A stretch of 64,000 nucleotides of DNA from Blepharisma stoltei ATCC 30299 (lineage: Eukaryota; Protista; Ciliophora), in NCBI GenBank assembly GCA_965603825.1, contig CBFDEM010000001.1:248001-312000 (forward strand), in the 5' to 3' direction. Shown here piece by piece: positions 46,448 through 58,342 of the stretch. A model generated the notes under the pieces. It had not been told where the DNA came from. It saw only the letters and a program-made list of their open reading frames with translations, and did not search any database. A program made the translations under genes and the position numbers. Position 1 is the first letter of the stretch; each line of letters opens with the position of its first letter.

Positions 46448-47791
46448 TTATTCTGAATAGGCGTTTCTCATGTAATTTATTTCTTTCTCTATAACACATG
46501 CAATATAAACAAGCTTTGCTTCAAAAACCCTCTGCTTTATTTTTGTTTTTTCTTGATATTGAATATAAAATTTTTTGGTTTCTACTGTATCAATCCAAAC
46601 ATTTTCAATTGACGAAATTCGTATCGGATTTTGATCTTCTTCTCATATTGTCATTAAATTTAAGCTCGCTAATTCTTGTGATTCTATTGATTCTGTTGAG
46701 ACGAAATGCTTTGTGATTGTCAGAATCTTTTCAGTTTTCCCATCTTTCGTTATTTCTACTACTTCAAATCTTTTGCCTTGTGATAATGATCGCGGAGAAC
46801 CTGGAGGGCTGTCTTTAAACTTTTTTTTGCATAGCTTTAATTCTGTCGTTTTTAAGGTTTTTACATACATATCGATGTCAACTGGGCATTCTTCTGTAGT
46901 AAAATTTTCATCAATTTCGACGTCCATCCTGAATTCATGGGTATAAGGACTGATGGATCAAGAAAATTTTCTTGATAAAATTCCCATAAGATCACGTAAC
47001 TTTTGTTTTGGGTTAACTGAAAGAACGGTTCAGTTTGAATGAAATAGCACTTTTATTACTGTGCCTTGTGAAATCTCTGATAAACGCCTAAGAGATGCTG
47101 ACTTTATCTTTGAGTCTTCAGAAATATAAGTGGAACTACAACAAAATGCTAGTGCATCAGCAGTCAAATCAGATAATGTTGTGTTTTCGTCTATAAAGAA
47201 ATCTGTATCTGGCACCATTTCATAGTCGTCCATAAGTCAGATCTCATAAGCATTTGGATTTGTGCCGTTCGGTAATGGTGTGGTTTTTGCAAGTGGAGAT
47301 TTTAAATATTTCGAAATTATTGCTCTTTTGAGATTTGCAACTGTTATATTTGGGGAGATCATTATGTCGATAGAATTGGTAGTTTCAAAGAAATAAACAT
47401 GAATTAAAATTTGATTTTCTGATGGTTCAGATTCAAATTTTGATTTATTTTTAATTGATTCTGTCAGTGAAGAAACTTGAGGCTGGTTTGTACTTTGCAA
47501 ATATTCTTCATCTTTTACAATTTCTATATTCCTATTCCAATCAAGATTTGCTGTATCAGATGTGCGATTTTCTTGGCCAAGCCCTTCAGAAAAAAAATCA
47601 GAGTCTGACCGATACCTCTGCAAATTGGAGGTAAATGAGTTTTTCGGAGTTGATCCAAGAAGATTTGATGGGAAACTTTGGTACTTCATTAGTATATCCT
47701 CACTCATTTCTGGACTAGCAGCATATTGATCCATCATGCCCATGTTGATCTTTACAACCTGTTTCAATTCTGCAGCTTCTGAGAATTCCAT
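46448..47791 (-). CDS. SIN1/Avo1/MAPKAP1-like TORC2 subunit (CRIM, RBD-like, PH), 447 aa
   Basis: CRIM-like NPNAYEIW(TGA)LMDDYEMVPDTDF. C-terminal PH-like segment FEVVEITKDG...ISSIENVW...KKFYIQY...RVFEA...IEKEINYM. Four TGA in frame, TAA at 46448-46450. Confidence 0.7.
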
Positions 47792-48696
47792 ATATTTAAT
47801 TAATTGAATAAAATTATCTACACTAAAATGGTTTCGTCAGAAACCGGCTTAAAGAAATTGCTTTATAACATTCAATAACCTATTAGAGCTTATAGCTAAT
47901 GTATGCCATTGCTGGAAATATTCAAATTTGAGTAGCACAAAATATATATTAGTGAAAATGCATAAGTAATCAATTTTAGAATAATGATTACTTCGGTGCC
48001 TATGGATTACTCTTTATATTTGCAAGCTGATATTTTAATGCTTTTATTCGAAGTTATATTTTCAGAATGCTACTTATATGAAGGCGTGCTTAATTCTTCA
48101 GCTTGTTCTTGGAGTTTTTACGGTTTCACTAAGCATTTGTTTTTTAGTATTTGCTATCCTGATATATTGAGCAAAAGTTATTTTATGCATAACCTTTCTA
48201 TAGCCAAGTTTTAGTTTCATCATAAGTGGATAATCTTTGTCAATCCGAGCGATAAACCCATTATTGATCTCATTAAAACTTCGTAAAAATTGTACAAATG
48301 ATAAGAGAGAGCATTACAGAGATTTCTTCTTCGAATTTCCATGTAGCAATTCCATCTTCCTGATATAATCTATTAGAGCTAAATATCTTATCGCCCTGTC
48401 TGGTCGAGTGCTATATCTAATTTAGTTAAATGCTATTGAACTTTTTTTATTATTGTAAAATACCAGATGATAGCTTTCATACTCTATTTCTTTAAAAAGA
48501 GTTATTTAGCTCAAAGAGTGCTTGGACGTTAAAGCTTTAAGGATATTAAAATCGCAATTTATATTATACTAAAGATAAGAAAATTCATTTTCTGCATATA
48601 ATGAATTGCAAAAAGAATAAATTAATTCTAATAATTTTGAATAGAAATTTATTTCTTTGATCTTTTAATATAATAATCTTTTATAAAAAGTTTAGA

Positions 48697-48999
48697 TTAT
48701 TCTAGAACTGCAAGTATTTCTGAATCCTTATAGATTGAATATTTTTCATCCTTGAAATCGACTGAGGTTCCACCATAAGGAGGCAGTAAGACTTTTTGAC
48801 CAACTTTGACAGCAATTTCTTGGAAATTTCCTTGCTCATCATATGATCCTGGGCCAATAGCAATGACTTCTCCTATTTGCATGTCTTTTTCTTTTGTCTC
48901 TGGCAACAGAATACCACCAGCAGATTTATTTGGAACTTCAAATCTTTTAATCATGACTCTGTTTAGTAAAGGTGTAATCTTTCTAAAATTTGAAAGCAT
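48697..48999 (-). CDS. HSP10: Mitochondrial co-chaperonin HSP10
   Basis: PLLNRVMIKR...KSAGGILLPE...GEVIAIGPG...VKVGQKVLLPPYGG. Confidence 0.95.
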   Translation of the reverse strand: MLSNFRKITPLLNRVMIKRFEVPNKSAGGILLPETKEKDMQIGEVIAIGPGSYDEQGNFQEIAVKVGQKVLLPPYGGTSVDFKDEKYSIYKDSEILAVLE

Positions 49000-49270
49000 T
49001 ACCGTAAATTTTATTATTATTATTCTATTAGAAATATGGAAACGTTTAAAAAGATTATTATGGCAGATTTATGCTATTTTTATCAGATGATTTTATAATT
49101 CTTTTATTAAAAAAGCTTGATTGAAGAAATTTTAGGCCAATTAAAAAATATAATTAGAAAATAGAGCTATTAGCGTATGCTCTTTCTGCTCTAATTTATT
49201 ACTTAAATAAAAATTATAATTTGTTGTAATTACTTTGATTCATTCATACTAATAAAAAAAAATTAATATT

Positions 49271-50170
49271 ATGACAGAAAATATAAATATCAACAATTTA
49301 ATGTCTTTTTCAATATCTCAAGAAAGCCCATTTGCAACTAACTATTCATCTTTTCACAACTTTTCCCCTCCAAAAGGATATGGCACTAAAAGCTTAAAAG
49401 CCAAAATGAGCACTGCAATATCACCTGACTCGCCAAAGAGTTTCCAATTAAAGCATGTCCCAGTTGTTACTAATGAGCTTAAAGCTGAAGAGCTATCCAA
49501 AGGATATTATACAATGAACTCATCTGATGCCTTGAAGCTATATCCACCCTCATCTATTATTACACAAGAAAAAAGAAAATTTAATTATCAGGATTTCAAT
49601 ACTAAAGGACACCGAAATGATTTTGACTTTTCTACTCTTAAGCCAAGTCACTTGTGTGACTTACTTGCGGATAAGAGACCAGACGTAAAAAATAAGTCTC
49701 CTTTTTATTCTGTATATGAAAATCAACTAAAGCATGATGGATTCGGATTAAATCGAGGCCCTTTTACTGTGGATTCCAACCAAAGTTACAGAGTGCAAAG
49801 ATTCAGTGAAAAGCTGCAAAGCACTCTTGAAGAAAGGCTAAGAAGAACTGAGAAACATTGGAACATTCCATTGATGCATGTAAATAAGAGCGAAAAAGAG
49901 CTGAAATTCGATAAAAATTTACTCAAGAAAACTCTACCTACTTCTCTTTGGGCAAACAAATTGAGTATGGAAAGATTTTTAAAAAAGCCAATAAAAGAAG
50001 AAAAAAACAGCCCAAGAAATGCCAGACTTGACAGCGGCAAGAATGATATTAACCGATTTGAAAAAGCTCTGAATAAAAGAGGAGATATATCGATGGGATT
50101 TACCGAAATGAATACCTTTGAGTATTTAAAAAAGCCCAAAAAAGCAGGATTAAAGATACCAATGAGTTAA
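49271..50170 (+). CDS. Hypothetical protein
   Basis: 299-codon ORF from ATG to TAA. Confidence 0.7.
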   Translation: MTENININNLMSFSISQESPFATNYSSFHNFSPPKGYGTKSLKAKMSTAISPDSPKSFQLKHVPVVTNELKAEELSKGYYTMNSSDALKLYPPSSIITQEKRKFNYQDFNTKGHRNDFDFSTLKPSHLCDLLADKRPDVKNKSPFYSVYENQLKHDGFGLNRGPFTVDSNQSYRVQRFSEKLQSTLEERLRRTEKHWNIPLMHVNKSEKELKFDKNLLKKTLPTSLWANKLSMERFLKKPIKEEKNSPRNARLDSGKNDINRFEKALNKRGDISMGFTEMNTFEYLKKPKKAGLKIPMS

Positions 50171-50367
50171 TTATAAATCATTGAGGTTTGATTTGCACAT
50201 ATTTACTAATCAAATAAAAATTATTTTGAATATAGTGTTAACTTCTTAGATATATACATGATAAATAGCTGTAAATAATATATCATTAATTTAGCTAACC
50301 TTCGAAAATTCATTCTCTTGAAAATTTTTACTGAAGAAACTTCCATAAATTTCGTATAGCAAACATT

Positions 50368-50628
50368 TTAAATGTTATTCTGTATATGAATAAATGCATT
50401 TTGCAAAGTATTTGTCGCAAGCGATTGCGCTTTTGAAGGAGCTGCTGACTCTTCAAGAGCCGAAACTTCTTCTCTTACTACAAATAATGGGATGCCAATA
50501 TTATTATTGTACTTTTTATGTTTTGGGACATTTACTTGGTAATAAACTCCATTATCTTCTTCGTTTGGCATACTATTTTCAGCAGGAACAATAAACTTTG
50601 GTCTTTTGATAGAGCTAGTGCATCCCAT
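50368..50628 (-). CDS. Small protein with dual acylation motif (MGCxxS)
   Basis: MGCTSS start; 86 aa from ATG to TAA. Confidence 0.6.
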   Translation of the reverse strand: MGCTSSIKRPKFIVPAENSMPNEEDNGVYYQVNVPKHKKYNNNIGIPLFVVREEVSALEESAAPSKAQSLATNTLQNAFIHIQNNI

Positions 50629-50739
50629 ACCTTTTTGTGTATTTTATTTACACATCTTTAATATGATTTGTAGCAGATCTTAATTTTAATGGAGTATTAC
50701 ATCTATTCCTTACTCTATTTATAACTTTAAAACTTTGGC

Positions 50740-51585
50740 TTATGCCTTGAAAAGGCATGCCACTTTTTCATAAGTGTAAAGGGTGATAAAAGTCGATGGG
50801 AGGATTCTCACCAAGTTTCCAAAAAATCCTGCATAAAATCCTTTCAGACCTTCTGCTTGTGCAGTATATTTAATTAAACTCCAGAGCCCTTGGAATCTTT
50901 TTTCTTCTTTTTTGTTGTGGAGGTACAATCTTGACCTCATAACTTCATGTGGGTAGGAAAATAAGCTTGCCATGATTTTGGGGATTGAGGTACAGTAAAG
51001 CATTTCTATTGCTGTTGGAGATAGCTCGTCTTGACAAAATTGTCCTTTAATATACTCATAGAGTGGGAATTGGACGGTGACGTGAATTATGCCGAAGATT
51101 GAGGCATTGCATCCTTGGAAGAAAGCTAGAAAGCCTTCATTTTGTACAATGTTCTTGAGTGAAAGGAGAACAGATTGGTATTGGGCTGGGTTTACTTGCA
51201 TCCTTGCCCTGACTAGCCAAAGTGGGTTACTGACTATTGTTGCTGTAAGTCCTGCGATTGAGGCTCCATAAATATTGCTCAAAAGTTTGCTATCAATTTT
51301 TGTATTAAAATACGATCTTAGACCATTGTATAAGGGGAAATAAATACTCCATGTGAAAGGAGCTGCTATTATTGAAGCATTTAGCCCTTGGTATAAAGCA
51401 CGAGTTCCTTCAGTGCGATAAATTGTATAAACCGCTGACAGAAGGCCTCGATACTGAGGATTGTAAAGTCCTTGAACTTGCAAGCGAGTTCTTGCAGTAT
51501 CTAAAGGAGCGCAAACTGAAACACTGGCAATGCCAGCACATGTTCCGGAGATAAAGTCGCTTGGAGAAAGGAATTTACTATCCAT
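50740..51585 (-). CDS. Mitochondrial carrier (NAD+/folate transporter, Ndt1/SLC25A32-like)
   Basis: Three PX[DE]XX[RK]XR-type motifs: PLDTARTR, NPLWLVRAR (Trp variant typical of this subfamily) and YPHEVMRSR. Confidence 0.92.
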   Translation of the reverse strand: MDSKFLSPSDFISGTCAGIASVSVCAPLDTARTRLQVQGLYNPQYRGLLSAVYTIYRTEGTRALYQGLNASIIAAPFTWSIYFPLYNGLRSYFNTKIDSKLLSNIYGASIAGLTATIVSNPLWLVRARMQVNPAQYQSVLLSLKNIVQNEGFLAFFQGCNASIFGIIHVTVQFPLYEYIKGQFCQDELSPTAIEMLYCTSIPKIMASLFSYPHEVMRSRLYLHNKKEEKRFQGLWSLIKYTAQAEGLKGFYAGFFGNLVRILPSTFITLYTYEKVACLFKA

Positions 51586-51809
51586 AAATCTAATAAATTA
51601 TTTGTTAATATGAGTGAATTTTTACAATGCAATATTTATTGAGAAAAATTATTTATAAAAATTCAGCCATAATAGAACCCGAAGGGATTGTGTTACGAGT
51701 CAGTTAAAAAATTATTAAAGAACATAAAAGATATTGGCTTATTTTTTTATTTAATTAAAACTCACCATTTTAAACGAAGTTAACATAAAACTACAACTGA
51801 TCAAATTTT

Positions 51810-52931
51810 CTATTGAGTCAAAATAAAATCAGCAAAAACCGTGCAGTGGTCAGAGGGCCATTTATCTTCAGTTTCAGCATACCCAGTCACTTCGCAAACT
51901 GGAGGAGCTTCAATGTTTCGGAACATTATTCTATCTAATCTTTCTGAAGGCTCCCAGCTGGGATAAGTGAATCCGTCTTCTTCTCCATTGGCACTTTTCC
52001 ATGCATCATCTAATTTTCCTCGACTTAAAGGCTCTTGGCTTATTCCTTCTAGCAGACGCATTGGCTGTGGATATTTTTCTTCAGAATTCATATCTCCAAT
52101 TAGCAGCTGTGCTGTAAATTTATCATCTTCAGAATCAATAAATCTCAGAATTTCGCTGGCCTGCTTAACTTGTCCCTTGAGATCATAGGTTAAGTGAGTA
52201 TTGTAAACTAGCAAATTTTTCATAGGATGAGAGATTGTTGCTCTCAAACATGAACGGCTATTCCCATCTGAATCGGACTTTGATAGCTGGATGTGTTTAA
52301 TGTTGGAAATTGGGAATCTCGATATAATTCCAATGCCCTCAGTAGAGCCATCACTATAATGCATTGAGTCATGCAAATATGAGTAAGGATATTCTGGGAT
52401 TAGCTCTAAAATATCCTTCATCATATCTCTTCCTTGAGCTGAATAATTCGACCCAGCCACGTTTTCTATAAATTTCGTAAGCACTCTTTCAACTCCATAT
52501 AGCCCATATAGAGGGTCTCTTTTTGCTTCTTGGACTCCTATGATGTCAGGATTTACTTCCTTAATTTGCTGTGCGATCATATGCATTCTTTCGTCCCACT
52601 TTTTGTGTTTTCCAAAAATAGCTAAATTATAGCTTTGAACTCTTAGAATGCTTGGAGCTCCTTCTTATGAAATACCTGGATAAAACACATATATCAATGG
52701 AGATACTGCATTGATAATGAAAGTAAAATACGTTGAATCATCAATTATGTCAACCCAACCTGATAAATAGGGTGCTTTCAATTCAAAAGAAGAACTAGGG
52801 TCTTCTAATAAATCGCAAACCGATCTGAATGAGGATTACCTTTTAAGCGCTTGAAAAGTCAACGATCGGAAGTTGAAAATGGAATAGGTTCTGGACTCCA
52901 ATAAAACTTTTAGTGAATCTTGGGTTTCCAT
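51810..52931 (-). CDS. Endonuclease/exonuclease/phosphatase (EEP) family protein with an N-terminal PB1-like domain, about 363 aa
   Basis: LRVQSYNL, PDIIGVQE, YNTHL, LIGDMNS, RLDRI and PSDH. ATG at 52931 joined via two 15-nt introns. Confidence 0.85.
52661..52675 (-). other. 15-nt intron GTATTTCATAAGAAG
   Basis: Removes an in-frame TAA just upstream of the EEP motif LRVQSYNL. The acceptor is AAG rather than YAG. Confidence 0.65.
52825..52839 (-). other. 15-nt intron GTAATCCTCATTCAG
   Basis: Removes an in-frame TAA. Confidence 0.75.
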
Positions 52932-53505
52932 CTTTATCAGAAATTTAGAACTTTGTAGTGTCTATTTACAGTGGAGGATATTTTACTAATTCTAAGCAAA
53001 TTATATAATTTTTAGCTCTAGAATATAAAATCTCTATAAAATTTGAATTAAATTAATAGTTAATTAGAATATCAAATACTAGAAGACATTAATTCAATCA
53101 TATAAATTAAAGAATGCAAACTCTAGGCATAAAATTGCCTTTTAAAATTTGTTTAACATAATAAATAATAAAAAAATTAAATTTTAAAAATGGACCACTT
53201 AATAGAGAAGTTTTGGAGAAAAAGCATTATTTTGACGAACTACTTCTAGACTCTCAAAAACTATTAAATATTTCTCTATGAGAATTATTAATTATTTAAA
53301 ATGGAATAAAGTCCTACTAACCAATTGAACAAAACTTCATCATATTATTCTCCCGAATCTGAAAAATTTTAAAATTTTCCTCAAATAATGCAAGTATGTT
53401 ATTCAATATTTATTATTATTTATTTTGGCCATTCATACATTTTTCTATTTTCAAATCAAATAAAGGCATCTTTCCATTTCTCTTATACAAAAATATCAAT
53501 CTGAC

Positions 53506-55012
53506 ATGGAAATCTCTGAAACTGTCAAGGTCCCTCGAGAGGCTTACAGATTTTGGCCTTCAGGAGAGCAAATATATTATGGCAAAGACAAAAAGATGCA
53601 AAGATTAATTTTTGATGGGGTTGAATTTACTCCATTTGAAGAACAAAATCTAAGGCAGCTAGAAGCAGAAATTCAAAAAGCTGGGATCATACTTCCAGAA
53701 GGATGGAAAAGGAGCAACACTCTAAGATTTTTCTATGGCACAGACTGGAAGCCTAAATCAGCTTTCAAAGCACTCACAGATCATTTGGAATGGAGAAAGG
53801 AAATCATGCCGAACGGCTACATATCACTTTATCCTCAGCTTAGTGACCTTCTCGTAACCAATATTTAGAATTCTGGCTGTCTTTATATTCACGGGAGAGA
53901 CCACTTTTTCCGTCCAATTCTAATTATGAACCTCACAAAATTCAATTTTAAACAGGTAAAATCTAATTTAGTACTCCCATCATGACTATGTAGTTTTGAT
54001 CTGCTTTCTTCTGGAATTCATGGTCCAAAATATGCTACTTCCAGGTCAGATTGAAGCTTGGGTTTGCTTTTCAGACTTAGGCCGAAAAGGCCTTTCTGAT
54101 CTGCCTACTTCTGCTTTGAAAAAGGTAATCAAGGATTTGCAAGATAATTTTAGATGCAGATTAGGGGTGAATTATGTGATTAACGTCCCTTCAGGGATCA
54201 ATTTTCTCTGGAAATGCATCAAACCTTTTATGGACAAAGTTACTGTAAAAAAAATAAAACTTACAAGTGATAACGCTCCTAAAGAACTTTTTACACACTG
54301 CAACAGGAATCAAGTTGAGCAAAAGTATGGAGGGACAGCTCCAAATTTGACCAATTATTGGCCCCCTATGATTCCGCCAGGGCCATATCAGTCTCCATCT
54401 GCAAATTACTTAGACAATAGAGACAGTTATTTTGAGCATCATCCAAATGTGCCACAGAATATCAAGTCTGAAGTAATAGAAGATCCTAAACCTTATGATA
54501 GTGAAGAAGAAAAAGTTATTCGCAAAAAGAAAAATTCGAAAAGGAAAAAAGTCAAAGAAATAGAAATCCCAGCAGACAATCTCGAACATAAAGTCCAAGA
54601 AGATCCAATACTTGACGTAATTTCACAAGAAAAACAAAAAATCGTAGATGAGGAGGTGAATAATTGTGAAGAAGAAAAAATTGAAGTAGTTGAGGTTAAA
54701 GAAAAGCGGAAAAAGAGCAAAAGAAAGAAGCAGGAAAGCGTGGAAGATGTAAAAATGATTGATGATATAGCAATTGATCTGGAAATAAAGGATAAGGAAA
54801 CAGCTGATAATGGAGAATTCATATCAGTGCAGAAGAAAAAAGAAAAACTCAATGCAATTATAATAGAAGATATTCAAAATGAGCCAATACTGACCGAGAG
54901 ATTGATCAATGGCGATATGGTAATAGTTGAAAATGAAGGATCGCATATAGGATGCTCCATGTTTAGAACAGGCGGAAAATGCAGCCAAGATTCCTTTTGC
55001 TTAGTATTCTAA
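53506..55012 (+). CDS. CRAL-TRIO/Sec14 lipid-binding protein, about 491 aa
   Basis: TLRFFYGTDW, GCLYIHGRDHFFRPILI, LQDNFRCRL...INVP and QVEQKYGGT. One 15-nt and one 16-nt intron. Ends in CaaX-like CLVF. Confidence 0.9.
53854..53868 (+). other. 15-nt intron GTAACCAATATTTAG
   Basis: Removes an in-frame TAG. Confidence 0.87.
53956..53971 (+). other. 16-nt intron GTAAAATCTAATTTAG
   Basis: Explains the +1 frame offset to ORF 53996-55012. Confidence 0.87.
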
Positions 55013-55117
55013 TAATCATAAAGCAATTTGTTATGGAACCCTTTAAAAATGCCACAAAATGGGCAAAACTAATAATTAGGCTTTGAAAACATACTTATAA
55101 GCGATCTTTGTAAGATT

Positions 55118-55477
55118 TTATTCTTTTTTAAGACCTCTGCCGAACCCTCCTCTTCTGACTCTATCCTCGTTTTCTCTAGGCTTCTTTACAGCAGGTGCTT
55201 TGTAGATATCTGGTCTAATATTTGAAGGTAATCCAAGATATTCGCACATAGCTAGTATTCCTTTCTCATTTAAGTAATAATAGAACCACTGCCAGTTGAA
55301 CTTTTCTTCAATGAGACCTCTTGATTTTAAGCTTTTGCAAATCATCATGATCTTGAGGTTAGGGACTGCGATGTCTTGGTGTCTTGGAAGTCCTGCGTCT
55401 TTTCTAACGACAAGTGTTCCCTCTTTAAGCAAGTATTGATAGATCTGTCTCTTCTCACTCTTGGAAACTAGCACCAT
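55118..55477 (-). CDS. RPS10: 40S ribosomal protein S10 (eS10)
   Basis: IYQYLLKEGTLVVRKD...VPNL...SLKSRGLIEEKFNWQWFYYYLNEKGI. Confidence 0.96.
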   Translation of the reverse strand: MVLVSKSEKRQIYQYLLKEGTLVVRKDAGLPRHQDIAVPNLKIMMICKSLKSRGLIEEKFNWQWFYYYLNEKGILAMCEYLGLPSNIRPDIYKAPAVKKPRENEDRVRRGGFGRGLKKE

Positions 55478-55878
55478 TTATAAGCCACTCTTTACTTATA
55501 GCTATTCACTTTAATACAGCCTGAAAAGCCTAGATATTGGTTTTAGAGGAATTTTTGAGGTTGCAGCTCGCAAAAAATCCGATTTCATACAATTTTTTGA
55601 TTATATGAATACAATTAATTAAATATTGAATTAGCTGTTTAGATTATGCAATCGATTGAAGGAAAGTCAAAAAATTCATTATATTTTCATAATAATAACA
55701 AATTTCAGCTTATTTTAGGTGCTAAATCATTTGCGTCTTGCTTGGAGGCTCCACTTTGCTACTCAGTTCTAGATCATATGCATTTTATTAATAGCACTAA
55801 AATTTATTTTTAAGATTGCTCGTCAGATATGTTAATTTTAAGCTGAAAATTCATTTGTTGTGTTTGAATTAAATACTT

Positions 55879-56214
55879 TTAAAGAATTGGCGGAGGAATC
55901 ACCACCGTGAGGCCATTAAGCTGGCTCGTGCATTTCAATTGGCATGACATTCGTTTTACATAATCTTTTTCAGGATAATTTATGTTATTTGGAAGCTCAC
56001 AAAGCACATCTTCTTCTATTTCTGTTGGCTTAGGGAGTAAAGGTTGGTATTTTTTAGCTATATAAACTCTGCATGTTGTGCAGGCAAGTTGGCCTCCACA
56101 ATATCCAAATATCTCACCATCTTGATTAGCAAGGCTCATTAAGCTTTGTCCAATTTTCCCCATTGCTTCCCATTTCTGTTTATCCTGTATAAATTTTATA
56201 AGGATTTTGGACAT
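55879..56214 (-). CDS. 2Fe-2S ferredoxin (adrenodoxin type)
   Basis: CGGQLACTTC...EEDVL...RMSCQ. Confidence 0.9.
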   Translation of the reverse strand: MSKILIKFIQDKQKWEAMGKIGQSLMSLANQDGEIFGYCGGQLACTTCRVYIAKKYQPLLPKPTEIEEDVLCELPNNINYPEKDYVKRMSCQLKCTSQLNGLTVVIPPPIL

Positions 56215-56278
56215 TTATTATTAGCTTTCAAAACAATATTTTCTAAAATTATTGATTAAGAGCAATAATAAATTACTA

Positions 56279-56857
56279 TTAAAGCTGCCCTGATTCCTTA
56301 ATTTTTATGACTTTTGAAGGTCTTCCTGATCTGTTTCCAAAGCTTTCAATTCTTTGAACCACGTCATATCCTTCAAGGACTTCCCCAAATACCACATGTC
56401 TTCCATCAAGCCAAGATGTTTCGACAGTAGTTATAAAAAATTGAGAGCCATTAGTATTTGGACCAGCGTTGGCCATAGATAATAATCCAGGACCAGTATG
56501 CTTTAATGCGAAGTTTTCATCTGCAAACCTTATTCCATAAATTGATTCCCCTCCTGTCCCATCAAAATTCGTAAAATCTCCTCCTTGGATCATAAATTGA
56601 GGTATGATCCTATGAAAAGTGCTTCCTTTATAGCTGAGAACAACACCATTTGAATTTTTTCCGTTTTCACCTGTGCATAATGCTCTGAAATTTTCTACTG
56701 TTTTTGGCACAACTTTACCATATAAGCCCATTACAATTCTGCCTGCATCTTCATCGTCGATGGTAATATCAAAGTAAACCTTATGGGTGATCTCCGCATC
56801 CTCGTGAACCCTACTGAACACAATCAGTAATAGGCATGAAAATATAAGCAACCTCAT
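56279..56857 (-). CDS. CYPB: Cyclophilin B-type peptidyl-prolyl isomerase (secretory)
   Basis: Signal peptide; [40 protein letters not shown] and [10 protein letters not shown]. Confidence 0.95.
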   Translation of the reverse strand: MRLLIFSCLLLIVFSRVHEDAEITHKVYFDITIDDEDAGRIVMGLYGKVVPKTVENFRALCTGENGKNSNGVVLSYKGSTFHRIIPQFMIQGGDFTNFDGTGGESIYGIRFADENFALKHTGPGLLSMANAGPNTNGSQFFITTVETSWLDGRHVVFGEVLEGYDVVQRIESFGNRSGRPSKVIKIKESGQL

Positions 56858-56936
56858 CTTAAAATTATTAATGGTATTGCTAATTAGATTAGATAAAAAA
56901 TTGTAGAAGGTATATTTTTAAAATAATTGAAAGTAA

Positions 56937-58139
56937 TTATTGGCTTATTTTTATAATAAAATCATTAATTTTTGGACCAAGCATCTTAAAAACTGAGCAT
57001 AGCTGAATTGATGAGCTTGCATTTTCAATATTTTCATATACACTCCATATATCATTTCAAGGCTCAACAAGATTGCATTCTAAATTGCCATAAAATGCCC
57101 TACTTTTCTTTTCATACTCGTTTTTCACAAACTCCAGATCATTTGCCATTTTTTCAATTATTTCGTTTTTATTCTCTATTTCTTTCAAAATCATCTCTTT
57201 TTCCATTTTCAGGCTGCTTCTCTCCTCCTGCATCTTTGAAATCACCGCTTTCATATAATTTTTACCTGCAGCTTTTACTTGCATCAAAATCATTTCTTGT
57301 GAATCTTTTGACAGATAATCTTCTTCAGTTTTCTCTATACTGGGGAGTTTCGTTCCTAATTTTATTAATTTTGTGCATGATTCTCTCGCAAGGGTTTCAA
57401 GCACTGAATTGTCTGAAGATAGTATTGCATTTAAAAGTTCTCCGATCTTCATCTCTGCGTCCAAAATATCGTTCCCATTTAGCTTTATTTTCGGTCTTCA
57501 ATCAAGAGCTCCTTGTATTTCATATTGAGAAACTTCTTCTGACCTTAAATTATTAATAAGCTGTGTATAAGCAATTTTACTATAATGCTCAGCCTCTTTT
57601 AGCTTAGCTCTAGCAATTTTCATTATTCCATTAATAGCTGACATTGATGCAACTGCATTTTCTGAATTCTCAGACAATTGACTCACACTGGCTATTCAAT
57701 TATCAGTCTCAAAATAAACTCGTTTGTGCGCTTCAAGAGCGTTCTGTAAATGATTTATCTAAATAATTTTTACCATTCTTTCTTGCTTTTTTATTTTTGC
57801 TCTGTAAAGCAAATATCGTCTTTCATCGTGTCTAACTTCGGGTACAGAGTTAATGACGTTCATAAATTCATCTTTGTCTTTTAATTCTTCTTGGGTTTTT
57901 GCTAATAATTCTGAAAGTCTCCCGTTCTCTATTTTAAGGTTTTGAATTTCTTTGAGTAAAGGCTGGGATTCTTTTTTTGGTATTTCTTCATTGGAAGATA
58001 AGCTTGGATGAAGTTTATTTGAGGAGACATCATTTTTCTTCAGCTTTAAAGATTTACTTGGTGCTGCAGATTTTTGTTCGGGTATTTTAGGGGCAGATTT
58101 TTGGTCAGGCATTTTAGGTACAGGCGCTTTAGGCTTCAT
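56937..58139 (-). CDS. Coiled-coil hypothetical protein, about 395 aa
   Basis: Three ORFs in one frame, joined by a 15-nt intron and TGA codons, ending TAA at 56937-56939. N-terminal short repeat PK(M/I)P(D/E)QKSA x2. Confidence 0.7.
57759..57773 (-). other. 15-nt intron GTAAAAATTATTTAG
   Basis: Removes an in-frame TAG and matches the consensus. Confidence 0.8.
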
Positions 58140-58342
58140 AAAGTTAAATTTAAATGAATTTGCATTTATTCTAAATTCTTTAATTATACTGGCTTTTTAA
58201 AGTTTAAAATGTGAGAAAAGCGATATTTATTATTAATTATTATCAAAAGATTAACTAAATTCTACGAAGAATAAAAAGCAGTTGGAAAAAAATTCCAATT
58301 ACCACTAGAACAATGTTATTTACTATTAATTTTAATACTTAA

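Noticed and set aside
51670-51700. Small hairpin CCC-GAA-GGG in an intergenic spacer
   Set aside because: Too short to support an ncRNA call, and no snoRNA or tRNA boxes are recognisable.
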